Source: an uncultured Candidatus Saccharibacteria bacterium (GTDB taxonomy: Bacteria > Patescibacteriota > Saccharimonadia > Saccharimonadales > UBA4665). From it: DNA of 62,761 nucleotides. The notes under the pieces were generated by a model. That model was given only the letters and a program-made list of their open reading frames with translations. It did not search any database and was not told the origin of the DNA. Where the stretch lies: NCBI GenBank assembly GCA_964639195.1, contig CAZXCS010000001.1, positions 1-62,761 on the forward strand. Reading direction: 5' to 3'. The position numbers were made by a program, and so were the translations under genes. Of this stretch, positions 34,050 through 42,728 are shown in pieces; within the stretch, counting starts at the first letter, position 1, and every line of letters begins with the position of its first letter.

Positions 34050-36233
34050 TCAGCGTCGGCTGAGGTGGGACGGCCACCAGTTCCATTTGCCGAGGATGAC
34101 GACGATGGACGGGACGAGCAAGGTACGGACGAAGAAAGTGTCAAGCAGGATGCCGAAGGCTACGCCGAAGCCGATTTGCTCTACTGATTGATCACCACCG
34201 ACCAGACCGAGGATGGTGAAAGTACCGGCCAGAATCAAGCCGGCTGACGTAATGGTCGTGCCGGTAACGCCGATGGCCTTAGTGACTGCTTCTTTGAGCG
34301 TGACTTTGCCATGGGCCTCTTCGCGGATGCGGCTCATTACCAGGATGTTATAGTCCTCGCCGAGCGCCATGCCGAAGACAAACATCAAGAAGGGTAGGAT
34401 GAAGAACAAGCCATCCTGGTGGCCAAGATGAACGAATGCGATCATCGCGAAGCCCATGCTTGCCAGATAGCTCAGACCAACCGTCACGATGAGGTAGAGC
34501 GGGGCGACCAGGCTGCGCAGCATGATGGCCAGCAAAACAGCAATGATCACTAGCACGACGGGAATGATCTTTTTGAGGTCACTGTTGGCGACATGGTTGA
34601 CGTCGTAGGCAACTGAGTCGCTGCTGTAGTCGGTACCAACAATCGCTCCAATGCCTCGCGCCACGCGTGCGGCATCGCTGCGTATTCCTGGAGTGGCTTT
34701 CATAGCCGTATTGGTGCCGCTCTTGCCGACCTTCAATACGCCATAAAATTGTACGGTTTTGCCGTCGGGGCTGATGAACTGGCTGACGCCCTGGAGAATG
34801 GGATTGGTCGGATCGCTGGCGTGCAATTGCTGCAGGCTGGCCGGTGTCAGGCTGAAGCCATTGGCCGTGAACGGCCCGATGACTTGTTTGAAATCACCAG
34901 TGGCCAGCAGTTTGCCCTGAGCAGTTTGCAGTACTGACAAATCATTCCAGACTGAGGACTTGAAGCCAAACAGCAGCAGTTGCGGGCTGTTGCTGGCAGC
35001 CGGGTAGTGCTTGTCGAGTATCACTTGCCCGACTGCTGAATCACTGCCTTTCGGTGCACTCTGATTGCCAAAACCGCCGGCTTTGTAGCCGAGCATACCA
35101 AGGGCTAGGGCTGCAAAAACGACGGCACCAAGCACCAGCATGGTGTACGGTCGGGTGATAGCCCGGTCGGCGATCTTGCCCCATAGGCCAAGCTTAAGTG
35201 GTTGCTTTATGGTCTTTGATGGCCAGAACACTGCTCGGCCGAGCACGGCCAGCACAGCCGGCAAGAAGGTGAGGGCAATCAGCAGCATGATGCCAAGCCC
35301 GATAGCCAGAGCCGGGCCGAGACCTTTATAGATACCGAACGTCGCTAGCAATAGGCTGAGCAGGGCGGCAATGACCGTGGCTGCCGAGAAGGTAATAGAT
35401 TCACCAACGCGGGTCAAGGCCTTGATGACGGCTTCCTTGGGCGCAGCGCCCTTGCGCAGCTCTTCACGTACCCGGAAGACCAGGAACAAGCCATAATCCG
35501 TCCCCGCACCCAGTATCAGGACGATCAACAGAATCTGCGTGATGAAGCCGACTTGCACACCTGCCTTGGTCGATTCAGCGATTACCGGCTGGGAGATAGC
35601 CAGCGCCAAACCAGCCGGGATCAAGGTGACCAACGGCGCCAGCAGGGCCCGGAAAACGAACAGGAGCAGCACGATGATCAAGATGACGGTGTAGCCCTCG
35701 GTACTGTTACGGCCTTGGTTATTGCTGCTCTCAGCATCGGCAGAGGCTGCCAGGTCACCGGTCAGATTAACCTGTAAGCCGGCAGGCAGTTTGACGGCCT
35801 GCATTTTGTCGCGCAAGTTTTTGACGGCATCAGCCCCGTTCGGCCCGTTGACATTGCCATTCAGACCAGCTAAAAACTCATGAGCCTGGCCATCAGCGCT
35901 TTGGCCTGTATCGCGTACTTCAGTGATGTCTTTATCTTTCTTGACACTGGCCACCACCTGCTGCATGGCAGCCATGTCAGAATCAGTCAGTGCATCGCCG
36001 TTACGGCTGAAGATAATGATGGCGTTCGCCTGGGTGTCCTTGTGCTGGAAGGCGGTTTCCAGGGCGTTGGCTTGATCCGTCGGGCTGTTTTTGGGTAAGA
36101 AATCAGAGGCGTTAGTCTTGGTAACGTCATTGATATTGGGGAAGTTGGCGGTGACGACCGGGACGGCTGCGATCCAGAAGATGATAATAAACCAGCGGAA
36201 GCGGACGGAGAAGCGGGCGATTTTGCCAAACAT
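34050..36233 (-). CDS. MMPL/RND-superfamily membrane transporter
   Basis: A 727-aa protein with two repeats of TM bundle plus extracytoplasmic loop. The N-terminus is FGKIARFSVRFRWFIIIFWIA. Confidence 0.87.
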   Translation of the reverse strand: MFGKIARFSVRFRWFIIIFWIAAVPVVTANFPNINDVTKTNASDFLPKNSPTDQANALETAFQHKDTQANAIIIFSRNGDALTDSDMAAMQQVVASVKKDKDITEVRDTGQSADGQAHEFLAGLNGNVNGPNGADAVKNLRDKMQAVKLPAGLQVNLTGDLAASADAESSNNQGRNSTEGYTVILIIVLLLFVFRALLAPLVTLIPAGLALAISQPVIAESTKAGVQVGFITQILLIVLILGAGTDYGLFLVFRVREELRKGAAPKEAVIKALTRVGESITFSAATVIAALLSLLLATFGIYKGLGPALAIGLGIMLLIALTFLPAVLAVLGRAVFWPSKTIKQPLKLGLWGKIADRAITRPYTMLVLGAVVFAALALGMLGYKAGGFGNQSAPKGSDSAVGQVILDKHYPAASNSPQLLLFGFKSSVWNDLSVLQTAQGKLLATGDFKQVIGPFTANGFSLTPASLQQLHASDPTNPILQGVSQFISPDGKTVQFYGVLKVGKSGTNTAMKATPGIRSDAARVARGIGAIVGTDYSSDSVAYDVNHVANSDLKKIIPVVLVIIAVLLAIMLRSLVAPLYLIVTVGLSYLASMGFAMIAFVHLGHQDGLFFILPFLMFVFGMALGEDYNILVMSRIREEAHGKVTLKEAVTKAIGVTGTTITSAGLILAGTFTILGLVGGDQSVEQIGFGVAFGILLDTFFVRTLLVPSIVVILGKWNWWPSHLSRR

Positions 36234-36290
36234 GAGGAACTCCTTTTACAGGAAATACTATAAACTGTATAGTATAAACAACCAACTCGA

Positions 36291-36328
36291 TTGACCTGGT
36301 GGACGATCACCGTTACAATGCAGGTCAA
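36291..36328 (+). promoter_or_regulatory. MFS promoter (TTGACC-16 nt-TACAAT) bracketed by the 8-bp inverted repeat TTGACCTG / CAGGTCAA
   Basis: TTGACC lies at 36291-36296 and TACAAT at 36313-36318. The inverted-repeat arms are at 36291-36298 and 36321-36328. Confidence 0.5.
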
Positions 36329-36356
36329 CAAAGGGTGGAGATAAACAGGAGCCAAG

Positions 36357-37865
36357 GTGGCCAACCGTGCAACCATGGATCTCGGCAAAGAAGCTGTCGA
36401 ATCCACCGAGAAGAAGCAAACGAATCACTGGTTTATCCTGGTGCTGGTGGCGCTCGCCCAGTTTATGGTCGTGCTTGATATCTCCATCGTCAACGTCGCC
36501 CTGCCGGCTATGCAAACCGCGTTTCACATGACGCCGACCAATCTGCAGTGGGTAGTTACGATATACACCCTGGCTTTCGGCGGCTTTCTGCTGCTGGGCG
36601 GCCGCACGGCCGACCTGTACGGGCGCCGGCGGATCTTCTTGTCCGGAGTGGTGCTGTTTACGTTGGCATCACTTGGCACCGGACTGAGCCAATCGCAGGG
36701 TATGTTGATCGGCTTCCGGGCGCTGCAGGGCCTAGCCGGAGCGTTCATGTCACCGGCAGCACTGTCCATCATTCTTGTTACTTACCGTGAGGGCCATGAG
36801 CGTAATGTCGCCCTGTCTGTCTGGGGTGCCGTTGCCTCGGGCGGCGCAGCCGTGGGTGTACTGCTCGGCGGCATCTTAACCCAATACTTGGATTGGCGCT
36901 GGAATTTCTTCATTAATGTGCCGGTCGGCTTGATAGTGGTAATCACAAGCCTGCGCGTACTCGGTCGTCACGAATCTGAAGCTGAACATAACAGCTTGGA
37001 CCTGCCGGGAGCCGTCTCCGTCACCGCCGGGCTGATGACGCTGGTTTATGCGCTGGTCAAAGCCCCGACGTATGGCTGGACAGACCACCACACGCTGACC
37101 TATTTTGGTATCAGCGCGGCCCTGCTGCTGTTCTTTATTATTAATGAAAGCATCGTCAAGCACCCGCTGATGCCGCTGCGCATCTTCCGGATCCGCAACC
37201 TGTCCGGTGCCGATCTGCTGATGATGCTGCAAGCCGCCGGTCTGTTCTCGGTCTTTTTCTTCACGACACTATACCTGCAGCAAGTCCTGGGCTACACACC
37301 TGTCAAAACCGGTGTCAGCTTCCTGGTCGTGCCGGTAGCGATTGCCATCACGGCCACCAATGTGCCGCGCTTGATCCAGAAGGTCGGCTACCGGCCGATC
37401 TTGATGGTCGCGCCGCTGATTGTCTCGTCCGGCCTGTTCTGGATGTCGCACATTCCGGTCGACGGTACTTTCTGGCATGATGTCGCGCCGGGCATGATCC
37501 TGCTGGGCTTGGGTATGGGCGCGACATTCGTCAGCGTGACCATTGCGGCGACATCAGGCGTGCCGAATCACGAGGCCGGCCTGGCCTCCGGCTTGCTAAA
37601 CACTTCGCAGCAAATCGGCGGCGCCCTCGGTCTGGCCGTTCTGACCGGTGTCGCAACCAGCAGCTCGATGCGTTACATTCAGAATCTGCAGCTGCACGGC
37701 ACGCCTTCGCACCACATCGTCACGGCCGCTACGGTTCACGGTTTTCATGACGGCTACTTGCTGGCTTCGAGCTTCGGCATCGGTGCCTCACTGATCGCCA
37801 CGTTCATCATCCGCAACCAGCGGGCCCAAACCGATCCGAGCCACGCCGAAGGCGCAATCGTCTGA
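36357..37865 (+). CDS. MFS transporter, DHA2 (EmrB/QacA-like, 14-TM) family
   Basis: LVALAQFMVVLDISIVNVALPAM and GGRTADLYGRRR motifs are present, with about 14 hydrophobic segments. The start could be GTG 36357 or ATG 36375. Confidence 0.87.
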   Translation: MANRATMDLGKEAVESTEKKQTNHWFILVLVALAQFMVVLDISIVNVALPAMQTAFHMTPTNLQWVVTIYTLAFGGFLLLGGRTADLYGRRRIFLSGVVLFTLASLGTGLSQSQGMLIGFRALQGLAGAFMSPAALSIILVTYREGHERNVALSVWGAVASGGAAVGVLLGGILTQYLDWRWNFFINVPVGLIVVITSLRVLGRHESEAEHNSLDLPGAVSVTAGLMTLVYALVKAPTYGWTDHHTLTYFGISAALLLFFIINESIVKHPLMPLRIFRIRNLSGADLLMMLQAAGLFSVFFFTTLYLQQVLGYTPVKTGVSFLVVPVAIAITATNVPRLIQKVGYRPILMVAPLIVSSGLFWMSHIPVDGTFWHDVAPGMILLGLGMGATFVSVTIAATSGVPNHEAGLASGLLNTSQQIGGALGLAVLTGVATSSSMRYIQNLQLHGTPSHHIVTAATVHGFHDGYLLASSFGIGASLIATFIIRNQRAQTDPSHAEGAIV

Positions 37866-37970
37866 TTGCACAACACTAGATGCTAATTTAGCAGCGAGCC
37901 CAAGCAGGCTTTAGTTGAATAAATTTGAAGATTTCTGTTATTATCAAGCTAAAGCTTAAGAGTAGGCGGG

Positions 37971-39002
37971 ATGAATACAGATAGCAAGCCAGGTGGCGAT
38001 AAAAAAAAGACTGCCGTTACTGCTGACGCCGACCAGATAGTCGTATCGAGTACCAGGCCCTCCAAAGTGCGGCGGATGGTTAAGCCCACCAGGAGTTGGC
38101 TCTGGGGTGTTGTGGTCCTAGTGGTGCTTCTAGTTGGCTGGGTGCTTTGGCTCCACCGGCCGGCTGTCGTGGTATCAGGCTTTGGGACAAAGCTAACCGT
38201 ATCACAGGCGCAGTACAAAGAGCTTACCGCTCAAGCGGACAAGGGTGGCACCCTACCTCGGCAAGCGGTCCACAATGCCGTCGTCAAAGCCTATTCTTAT
38301 AAACTCGTAACCAGTCACCTGAACCTGGTGCCGACGGACAAGCAGATTTCTGATGCGGCGCTGGCCGCCGGCGTTCATGACACTAAAAAACTCACTGATT
38401 GGGACCGTTTGAGCGGCTATGTAGCGGCCACCGACAACGAAGTTATCTTTGCTGCACACGGCGGCTGGGACGGCTCAGTACTTTTCTACCCGTACGACCG
38501 CTTATTTGTGGACGCTCATCAGGCGGTGCCCAAGCCAGCCCACTTTGGTGAGGCCAGTTCAATCGCCGACGACAAAAGCTATGCACTCAAAACCGCCGAT
38601 ACTGACCATGACGCCTTAGTCAAGGGTAGTGCGAAGGTCGATAAGATTATGGATCGGCTGCATGGTGACCCACGACTTCAGTTTGCCACCGCCTCGAATG
38701 ATAGTTATACGTTTCTGGCTGATACCCGTGGTTTGCAGTACAAGGCGGGGGACACTGACACCTTCTCGGTTTCCGACTATGTGGTTGCGGCCGCCAAAGC
38801 GTTAGGCAAGCCGGGCATCAGCCCTGTCGGGCAGATGAATAGCTCGTTCCCGGCGTTCGTGATGGCTCCGGGCTACCCGACGACCACCGATGTGGCCTAC
38901 TACACCGTCGTGATTAATAAAGTCTTCCAACCCAACCCGCATCTCCAGCAGCAATTCCAAAGTGATCTCAAGCAGGTCAAGGTGGTGAGCCATGTTAAGT
39001 AG
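37971..39002 (+). CDS. hypothetical N-terminally membrane-anchored extracytoplasmic protein
   Basis: A basic N-terminus precedes the TM WLWGVVVLVVLLVGWVLWL and a roughly 270-aa soluble part. The gene overlaps the next gene by 11 nt. A distant resemblance to PrsA/PpiD-type foldase layout is only an impression. Confidence 0.5.
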   Translation: MNTDSKPGGDKKKTAVTADADQIVVSSTRPSKVRRMVKPTRSWLWGVVVLVVLLVGWVLWLHRPAVVVSGFGTKLTVSQAQYKELTAQADKGGTLPRQAVHNAVVKAYSYKLVTSHLNLVPTDKQISDAALAAGVHDTKKLTDWDRLSGYVAATDNEVIFAAHGGWDGSVLFYPYDRLFVDAHQAVPKPAHFGEASSIADDKSYALKTADTDHDALVKGSAKVDKIMDRLHGDPRLQFATASNDSYTFLADTRGLQYKAGDTDTFSVSDYVVAAAKALGKPGISPVGQMNSSFPAFVMAPGYPTTTDVAYYTVVINKVFQPNPHLQQQFQSDLKQVKVVSHVK

Positions 39003-42000
39003 GCTTATCAAACTGGTCGGTCCTGTTGCGCTGCTGGCTGCGCTGTTTATACTTGGTTCTTTCCTGCACCCGGCCAAAGCCGCGGCTGCTACATGCACCT
39101 TTAATGGGCAGTACGTGAATGCCGAAATATGGGTTGAAATCGTCACCTCAAACGGCTCACACGTGGCCTGGTCCAACGATTTTAAGTTCAATGTAAACGC
39201 TGCTGCCAATAAAGCGGGCAATCCGTCCCCGAACGCGAACTACCCATCGCAGTATTGGCCACAAAACGATACTGCGAGTGCGATCCGTACACCTGGCGGC
39301 TCGCCTGTTGGCCCGGGCCAGGCTGTAAACGCCAGCGGCAATACGCATAGCTGCCCTACTGCACCCGGTGGACCTAGCGCCCCGGCGTATGACTTTACCG
39401 ACGGCTCCAACGGCAACTACTTATTGGACTGTCTGGGAGGTGATACGCATGGCGTAGTTAACGGTCCGATTCGCTCTGGCTATGATGGTCAGTTGTATAA
39501 CAACAATACTACCTGGGCGAACCCCCAATACTCAGCCAGATTTACGTTTACGGTTACTGATCCCGGCGCGGGCTACAGCTTTAACGACGGTGTGGTCCAA
39601 GGCGGGCCTAAGACCTGGGCACCTAGTACAACCGCCGACCTTAACTACGCCGGCCCATTGGCCCATGTATTTAAATTTGTCTTGAACGACTGGACACTTG
39701 CAGGGACCTCTACGGAAACCCCTTCGCCGGTAAACAGCAAAACTCAAGTCGCCAGCTTCACCCACAACGTCGTGAACAATGGCCCGGACCCGGCAAACTG
39801 GAAATGGCGTATCGAGGGTTGCTATCAGCCAGCTGGGCAGCCGGCTTGTGTTTCGACGGACTATGGCCCCAACATAAACGGCGGTGGCGGTGGAGCTATA
39901 GGTAGTGGTAGCGAGGGCTCCCCAACGGGTGTAGCTAAAGGCGGTAATGGGAGCCTGCCCAAAGTTATTAATTATCAGTTCTCTTTTAAGAGTGGATCGG
40001 CGGCAGGCGATAGATATTGCCAACGAATTGCCTTTGACGACAAGAATGGCCCAAATACCACACCCAACTATGGAGCTCATAGCACCCCTGCCTGTGTGAC
40101 ATACCAGCCGTCCAACGCGCCCAGCGGTTCGATCACCCCGGCCTGTGACCCGGGCAATGCCACCGCCCATGCGACGGCGAGCTTTAACGATGCCGATGGC
40201 TCAGCTACCTATCCTTTGACGGGGAAGCTATCATCCGGCGTGATGGTACAGAGTGCTACCGTAAATGCCACGAGCGGCACGGTAACCCTCAACAGCGCAC
40301 CGGTCGTGAATGGCAGTGCGACTTTCATCTTGACCGTGAAAGATGTCGGGCCGGGAGCGACCACAACCTTTACGACTTCTGCGAGCGTATCATGCGCGGG
40401 CGGGAGCAGCTGTCCGAGCCTGCCGAACTCGCAGATAGCAGTTAGCTTACCGGACCAGGCGCCAACTACCCCGGCCCCGGTTGGGGCGACGAACACGCCG
40501 AACCAAACGTACGAGCAAGACACCCGGCAAAGTAAGACCAAGGTAACGAGCATTACCGATAAAAGCCCGGGCATATGGGGGGGCTCTTCCACTCCGCCCA
40601 CACAGGTGAGTGAGACATACCAGCAGGTGGTGCTGGATTACAGGCCGTACATCGACAATTATTCATATGATAACAACCAGCCGTCGGTTGCCTATGACAG
40701 CTACTACAACGCCACATACTGGTACACCTCGTCGAGCCCGAACTATTACACATGCCCGTCAGGCGGAAGTGTCAGCGGTTCGAATTGTGTTTACGGGGCG
40801 TATAGCTACTATAGTTGTCCATTCGGCGGCTTCCTAAGCGGCAGCACTTGCTATACGTATGTCGGCAATGCAACGTACAATAGCACCACATTTACGTACA
40901 CCTGTTCATCCGGGTCATATGTTTTTGGCGCCTGCTACACGACTCGCAGCGCTACACTCAACTACTACTGCAGCCCGGGTAGTTTAAGCGGCACTACCTG
41001 TACATATGGCGCAACCGCCTGGTACAGCTGGAACAGGGGTTCAACGAGCTTTAACCTTACCAGGAATAACACCGTAGATGGGCAGCAAATGACACCATGC
41101 TATCAACGGCAGTTTACGGTTACCTCGGTAACTGGTGACCAGACCAATCTGAATGACAATGAGAACCCGTCTACGGTCACGGGTGGCGGTGGCACCATCA
41201 ACGTGACATTTAATTATGACGGTGCCCACACACCGGCGCGTGGGTTGCGACAGCGCTTCCAGGTCAATCTCAATTACAATACGACGTACACCATCAACGG
41301 CGTCACGCCCTATATGGTGGGCTGTAGCAGCACGTCAGGGGGAGTAACGGTAACCGACGGTTTTAGTGCGCCCGGGTCGGGAACGGCCTCAGTGCCAAAC
41401 AGCAGCTGTAGTGCCAGGGTGCCACCGCTGCAGGCAGGTGACAAGGTTTGTGGACAATACGATGTGAGCCCGACAGGGCAATATATGGCAATCGATGGTA
41501 CCGTCATCCCGCCAGGCGGCAACGGGACACCGATTACCGATAGTTCATGCAGCGGCGCGGTCGTCAACGAACCATACGCCCGCTTCTACGGCAGCGATGT
41601 AACAGCCGGCGGAGCCTTTGCCTCCGGTAGCAACCAGTGCGCCGGGTCACCAATGCACCTGGGCAGCATTAATAGCTACCAACGGGGAGTCGGGCCGCGA
41701 CCGCAAGGCTCCGGCAGCCAGTTTGCCGCCCTGTCCCTGGGTCAGATACAGAGTTTTGCCAGTGCGTTCCTGCGCAGTCTGGCACCGACTTCAACGACTG
41801 GTCTGAGCTTTGCCAACACGCCGGCCGCAGGGCCGTTCGGCGGCAACCTCGGTGCGACGTACCAGCATTGCGTACCCGACTATTACGGCACATTACCGGC
41901 AGATAATTCCGCATGGGCCGGCAGCTTTGCGGCGCCCGGCGGGGCATACACCTATAGTGGTGACCTGACCCTGGGGCCCGGCACGGTTGCAGCCGGCACT

Positions 42001-42543
42001 AATCTGTCCATCTATGTAAATGGTGATGTCTATATTTCAGGCGATTTGACCTACCAGACCAATGGCTGGACTGTGACCGGCAACACTTCGAACGTACCGT
42101 CGCTGTATATCATTGCCACCGGCAGCATCAATATCAGTCCTGGTGTACATACGCTGGACGGCGTCTATGTGGCCCAGAACAACACGATCCACACCTGCGC
42201 CGCCGGGCCCGGCACTGCCAACCTGTATGATGCGACCGATCTCTACAACAACTGCCACAGCAGGCTCCGGATAAACGGTTCGTTCATCGCCAATAATATT
42301 GTGCTGGACCGCACCTACAGCTCGCTGCGCCACAGCCAAGGCGGTGAAAATCCATTTGGCGGCAGCCCGCTTCACCCCTGTGACGTGAGTGGCGGAGTGC
42401 TGATTGATCTTCAAGCCGATTGTTCAGCCGAGATATTCAACATGGGGCTGGAAACGTATCTGAGTTCGCCGGCGATGGCTCCTAGCGGCGGTCCGAAATC
42501 CGGCAAGTTCGATGCTATAACCAGTTTGTCGCCGGTACTGTAA
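38992..42543 (+). CDS. 1183-aa secreted G/S/T/N/Y-rich protein with Cys-bracketed tandem repeats and a beta-helix-like C-terminal region, possibly an adhesin or surface protein
   Basis: The signal-peptide-like N-terminus reads LLAALFILGSFLHPAKAAAATC. Four tandem C-x9/10-C units span nt 40744-41001. The C-terminus contains NLSIYVNGDVYISGDLTY, SLYIIATGSINISPG and RLRINGSFIANNIVLDR. Confidence 0.6.
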   Translation: MLSRLIKLVGPVALLAALFILGSFLHPAKAAAATCTFNGQYVNAEIWVEIVTSNGSHVAWSNDFKFNVNAAANKAGNPSPNANYPSQYWPQNDTASAIRTPGGSPVGPGQAVNASGNTHSCPTAPGGPSAPAYDFTDGSNGNYLLDCLGGDTHGVVNGPIRSGYDGQLYNNNTTWANPQYSARFTFTVTDPGAGYSFNDGVVQGGPKTWAPSTTADLNYAGPLAHVFKFVLNDWTLAGTSTETPSPVNSKTQVASFTHNVVNNGPDPANWKWRIEGCYQPAGQPACVSTDYGPNINGGGGGAIGSGSEGSPTGVAKGGNGSLPKVINYQFSFKSGSAAGDRYCQRIAFDDKNGPNTTPNYGAHSTPACVTYQPSNAPSGSITPACDPGNATAHATASFNDADGSATYPLTGKLSSGVMVQSATVNATSGTVTLNSAPVVNGSATFILTVKDVGPGATTTFTTSASVSCAGGSSCPSLPNSQIAVSLPDQAPTTPAPVGATNTPNQTYEQDTRQSKTKVTSITDKSPGIWGGSSTPPTQVSETYQQVVLDYRPYIDNYSYDNNQPSVAYDSYYNATYWYTSSSPNYYTCPSGGSVSGSNCVYGAYSYYSCPFGGFLSGSTCYTYVGNATYNSTTFTYTCSSGSYVFGACYTTRSATLNYYCSPGSLSGTTCTYGATAWYSWNRGSTSFNLTRNNTVDGQQMTPCYQRQFTVTSVTGDQTNLNDNENPSTVTGGGGTINVTFNYDGAHTPARGLRQRFQVNLNYNTTYTINGVTPYMVGCSSTSGGVTVTDGFSAPGSGTASVPNSSCSARVPPLQAGDKVCGQYDVSPTGQYMAIDGTVIPPGGNGTPITDSSCSGAVVNEPYARFYGSDVTAGGAFASGSNQCAGSPMHLGSINSYQRGVGPRPQGSGSQFAALSLGQIQSFASAFLRSLAPTSTTGLSFANTPAAGPFGGNLGATYQHCVPDYYGTLPADNSAWAGSFAAPGGAYTYSGDLTLGPGTVAAGTNLSIYVNGDVYISGDLTYQTNGWTVTGNTSNVPSLYIIATGSINISPGVHTLDGVYVAQNNTIHTCAAGPGTANLYDATDLYNNCHSRLRINGSFIANNIVLDRTYSSLRHSQGGENPFGGSPLHPCDVSGGVLIDLQADCSAEIFNMGLETYLSSPAMAPSGGPKSGKFDAITSLSPVL

Positions 42544-42556
42544 AATGGGAAGTAGT

Positions 42557-42584
42557 GATTAGGAAATAGAGATCAGGAATTAGG
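42557..42584 (+). repeat. tandem 14-nt imperfect direct repeat, GATTAGGAAATAGA / GATCAGGAATTAGG
   Basis: It lies 14 nt after the stop of the giant gene and about 100 nt upstream of the pilM -10. A partial inverted copy, AATTCCT, is near 42653. Confidence 0.6.
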
Positions 42585-42684
42585 GGATGGGCACCAAACA
42601 GGCAGCAATACAAGATAGCCGTTCAGCTGACACAATGAGCCGGCTGGTTTCCAATTCCTATTTGCTGGTTGTCGAAAGTGCTTA

Positions 42685-42693
42685 TGATATAAT
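42685..42693 (+). promoter_or_regulatory. extended -10 element TGATATAAT upstream of pilM
   Basis: Part of GCTTATGATATAAT. The same 12-nt core, GCTTATGATATA, recurs at 51213-51224. Confidence 0.55.
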
Positions 42694-42728
42694 TCCACTG
42701 ATGAAAGCGTGTCAAAGTGGGCGAGGTA

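Noticed and set aside
34034-34144. Upstream extensions of ychF (to 34144), otsAB (to 12401) and the PIG-L deacetylase gene (to 16330) in the ORF track.
   Set aside because: The conserved N-termini (MSLSIGIVGLPNVGKS, MSQVIIVSNRLP, MKRVLIGVFAHPDDE) begin at internal ATGs. The extensions overlap neighbouring genes or divergent promoters and are Ser/Cys-rich nonsense.
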